From Eledone cirrhosa (Eukaryota), in NCBI GenBank assembly GCA_964016885.1, contig OZ024764.1, forward strand, positions 24,986,001-25,050,000: a DNA stretch of 64,000 bases. The letters are read 5' to 3'. Numbering within the stretch: the stretch's first letter is position 1; each line of letters opens with the position of its first letter. Positions 60,275 through 64,000 of this stretch are shown here, piece after piece. Under the pieces are notes generated by a model, which worked only from the letters and a program-made list of their open reading frames with translations, made no database searches and had not been told where the DNA came from. The position numbers were made by a program, and so were the translations under genes.

Positions 60275-60983
60275 TACTTATATATATGATGGTTGCCACC
60301 TCGTTATCGAGTATGGTCATTTCACGATATAACATTATCAATAATGATTAATTAATTATATCGTGCGTGAAGATATTTTTTAAAGTGAGGCAAGACTGTG
60401 CACTGAGCCAATCCCACTCTCTGAGCAACAGTAGCTATAACCCGAAAAGAAGAAAAGATCAACATCATCGGTAACTACTGAGCCGCAGGTTTTATATCGG
60501 AGTTATCCCAGTTTCCTGAGTTGCCTTCTCCAAGAAGAATGCCCTGACAAAGGCTAGGGGTCCTTCAATCCCAGTGGTTTAACCGCGCGGTACATGTGTA
60601 TATACATATATACACACTTTGGGATGGCCGTTGACTCTTATGAGTTCTTCTGCCCTTTGTCAGGTTTTGTTTTTTGACCTGAATGGTGTCTAAAATCACC
60701 CTCCTCACCAAGTAAACTTGGTGGGGTTGCCGGTTTAGTCGCCAACAACCCTACCATGCGACAGGTCGTACTAGGTTACATGTTACCAGTAGCACTCAAG
60801 AGAGACCCGACATATATATATACATATAGTAATAATAATAAATTTGAAAACTAAAATCCAAAGAGGGCTCGATAAGGATAAATATAAATCAAATATATAA
60901 GAACCGTAGAGCAAATATTTATTAAAATAACAGATTTATTAAAAGCGATTCTTTGCTTAAACTTTAATCTGTTATTTTAATAA

Positions 60984-61102
<119 letters not shown>

Positions 61103-61118
61103 TACATACATAAATATA

Positions 61119-61153
<35 letters not shown>

Positions 61154-61155
<2 letters not shown>

Positions 61156-62411
61156 GGGATCATCAGACTCAGCTCAGGTAACGGACCTTGTGGGCCTATT
61201 TATAATTAATTCGCTACATAGGAAAATACCCGGTGTTACCGGAGGTTTATATAGAGATGACATGCTTTTACTTATTGAAAATAATAACTCTGAACTTAAT
61301 AGGAAAAGAAAACAAATTATACAATTTTTTAATTACCTTAATCTAAAAATAGAAATTGAGAATAACCATAGAGTAGTCAATTTCCTAGACGTAACATTAA
61401 ATCTCAACACATGTCTTCACTATCCATTTCACAAGTTAAATGAAAACTTGAATTATGTCAATTTTAGCTCCAATCACCCCAGATCTGTCAAAAATACTAT
61501 AGTGAACTCTGTTCAAAAACGTATCTCTAGAATCTCTTCCAATAAAAATATTTTTGACGAAAAAGCCCAGTATTATAATGAAGCGTTAGCTAGAGCAGGA
61601 TATAGTGATAAAATTATGTACATCGATAATAGACAAACTAACCAAAATAACAACAATTTTAATTACAGTAACAACTTTAACAACTATAATAGAATAATTC
61701 CAAAAACCAGAAAAGAAATAGAACTAGAAATATAATATGGTTTGCCCCCCCCCCCCTTTCTCACTAAACATTAAAACCCACATCGCTAAACTATTTTTTA
61801 ATGCTCTTGACAAACGCTTCCCTAGAACACATAAGTATCACTCAATTTTCAATAGACATACTATAAAATTAACGTACTCGTCCACCAAAAATTTAGCACA
61901 AAATATTAATAGAATAAATAATAGGAATCTAAAACCTAGCCAAAATACCGAAAATAGCCTAAACAATACTCAAGTAAACAACTGTAACTGTAGAGATAGA
62001 TCTAAATGTCCGCTAAATAACAATTGCTTAGTTAAAAATATAATATACAACTGTAATGTTAAAACTGACTTAAATTCTTTTAATTATGTTGGTTCCACCT
62101 CGACAGAATTTAAACTTCGCTATAATAATCACAAAAATTCTTTCACGGATCCAAATAAAAAATCTTCAACATCACTATCAGGCTTACTCTGGCAACTTAA
62201 ACATGATAAAGTTGGATATTCGATGGTTTGGAATATAGTCTCAAAAGGGATTCCTTTTAATTCCTCTTCTGAGACATGTGACCTCTGCGCGGAGGAGATA
62301 TTCTTTATACTAAAATCTAAAAATTCCCTTAATTTACGAGCCAATTTATTCAGCTGCTGCAGACATAGATTGAACTCAACTTTTAAATATAAATATAAAT
62401 TTAAAATGTAG
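61154..62411 (+). pseudogene. 5'-truncated, frameshifted Penelope-like RT + GIY-YIG (YRDD type)
   Basis: [35 protein letters not shown], then frameshifts at ~61700-61757 ([10 protein letters not shown] in an alternative frame), then CNCRDRSKCPL...IIYNC...YVGST...FKLRYNNH...CDLCAEE...CRHR. Starts directly after (TA)n. Confidence 0.92.
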
Positions 62412-63693
62412 TATAAAATGTAATATATTTACTTAAGATATTTAATTATTTATGAAACTTGGCGATAAATCTTTCGATTCCTTCAATTTTTTTAAAAACC
62501 TTTCTGCATGAATATATAATTAATGAGATTAATTAAACTACCCTAAAATTGGCGATGTTCCCAATCTTTTGAATAAATTTTTAAGCTAGATAAACTTCTA
62601 TAATAAATATAAGAGCATTTGTAGAATAAGTTTTGAATGATTTCTGCTAATTGAGGTTTGTTGAGCAATTTTGGTTTTTGTTTGCTTTTGATTCTGATTG
62701 CTTCTAATGAACTTGACAACATTTGTCAAATAAATTGGAAGGGTGGTTTTATGTGACTGATATGCGTGGCATACTATGCTCTCTTGCGTCCCTAGATACT
62801 CTGCGGAGTGACGAAGATATTCTTGGCGTTTTTAATTTTTAATATTGATTTCTGTTGTCTATTCTATGCTTGATCGATAATCATGTAAGTGAGGCAGGAA
62901 TATTACTTTAAATGTTAATGTATATTTTATGTCTATATATATATATATGTATGTACATATATGTATGGTGGAATCTTTTGTAACACAATGAAGATTTTCA
63001 TGAAAAATAAGAATCTGTGGAGCATATCACGTAAGTTCACATGTGTGTCTATAATTATCAACCTGAATTTGAGATAACCTTCTCTTTTCTCTTTTTTCTT
63101 TTTTTTTTTTTTTCATGAGAATGCATATATACTTATGTTTGAAGTTTTATCTCAGATTTTGCTTATAGACCTAAGAATTTTTAAACTAAGCATGGGGTCA
63201 TTTTTTTTTTTTTTTCACACATTATGGATATGTGTCTCATTCATGAATACTGATATTTACATTATAATACCTAATTCATAAAAATTGATAATTCAAATGG
63301 ATGAGACATAATATATTTTTAATATATTTTAAATATATCATCTTTCTTTCTTTTTCTCCTCTACACTGGACGTGATCTATGTGTCGGCTATTTTAACTGT
63401 ATCCCTTCCCTCCTTAACCTCTCACATATACGATGATCATCTGTCCCCAAGCTGCCTACTATTTTTTCACTTCCTCAATGTATTTCTCTCTCCCATATCT
63501 CCCTCTCTCTCTATCTCGCTCTGTTGGTTTTCTTTACATACATCTCTTCATCTTCTTCTTTTCATCTTCGTTTTTCTTCGTCTTTCTTTCTATATAACTG
63601 TCCTAATAGTTTCACTACCAAATCAACTTTTTAAATGGAAGTTGCATTACTCTAAGGTATGTCAAAATTATTTATAAAACAGCTTATATATTG

Positions 63694-63768
63694 TATTTTG
63701 TCTGAGGAAGGCATACCATATTTTTAATATTTTTAATATGATATCCCAGAAATATATATAACGAAATA
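63694..63768 (+). ncRNA. Hammerhead ribozyme motif, family B (element ~63618-63810, ending at (TA)n)
   Basis: tattttgt CTGAGGA (63702-08), stem II with a 10-nt duplication, GAAA (63749-52), tatata, TA, acgaaata. Confidence 0.78.
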
Positions 63769-63809
63769 AATATGGTTTTATAAATATAGTTTCCATTTGT
63801 TTAATATCG

Positions 63810-63841
<32 letters not shown>

Positions 63842-64000
63842 GATAAATCTACCAAGAGTTTACGGTAGTGTCCAATCCGTATGAAGAACTCAATGTATTC
63901 CGGATATCATGGAAAGAAGAGATGTAATGAAAAATCACTTTCGGTGAAAGATAAACGGTATACAGAGTCAAGATAAAATATTAAACAAATAATGAATAAA

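Noticed and set aside
60380-60810. More GC-rich segments resembling a LINE 5' UTR
   Set aside because: Only a vague resemblance, with no ORF or second copy in the window to support a call.

Overview
Eukaryotic, gene-free, repeat-dominated window. The AT-rich flanks, long (TA)n tracts, SINE cores and RTE-type LINE look cephalopod (Octopus-like); this is an inference. Bases 1-40150 are one head-to-tail array of a ~45-bp satellite (about 890 monomers) with nested higher-order repeats, and the many His/Thr/Tyr-rich ORFs there are artefacts of the repeat. It abuts a ~24-copy 48-bp minisatellite (40147-41308). That unit matches, at 40/48 bases, a 48-bp unit in the 3' UTR of an RTE-type LINE present twice nearby, and the array runs on into the rest of that UTR. 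The 45-mer is colinear with the 48-mer, suggesting a LINE UTR -> minisatellite -> large satellite lineage. The last 22 kb contain two RTE LINE 3' fragments, three Penelope-like elements (one with an intact RT + GIY-YIG frame), SINE pieces, and a dense set of short (TA)n-embedded fold-back inserts. At least nine minimal type I hammerhead ribozyme motifs occur in these inserts and in the 3' region of the intact Penelope-like element. No host gene was recognised.
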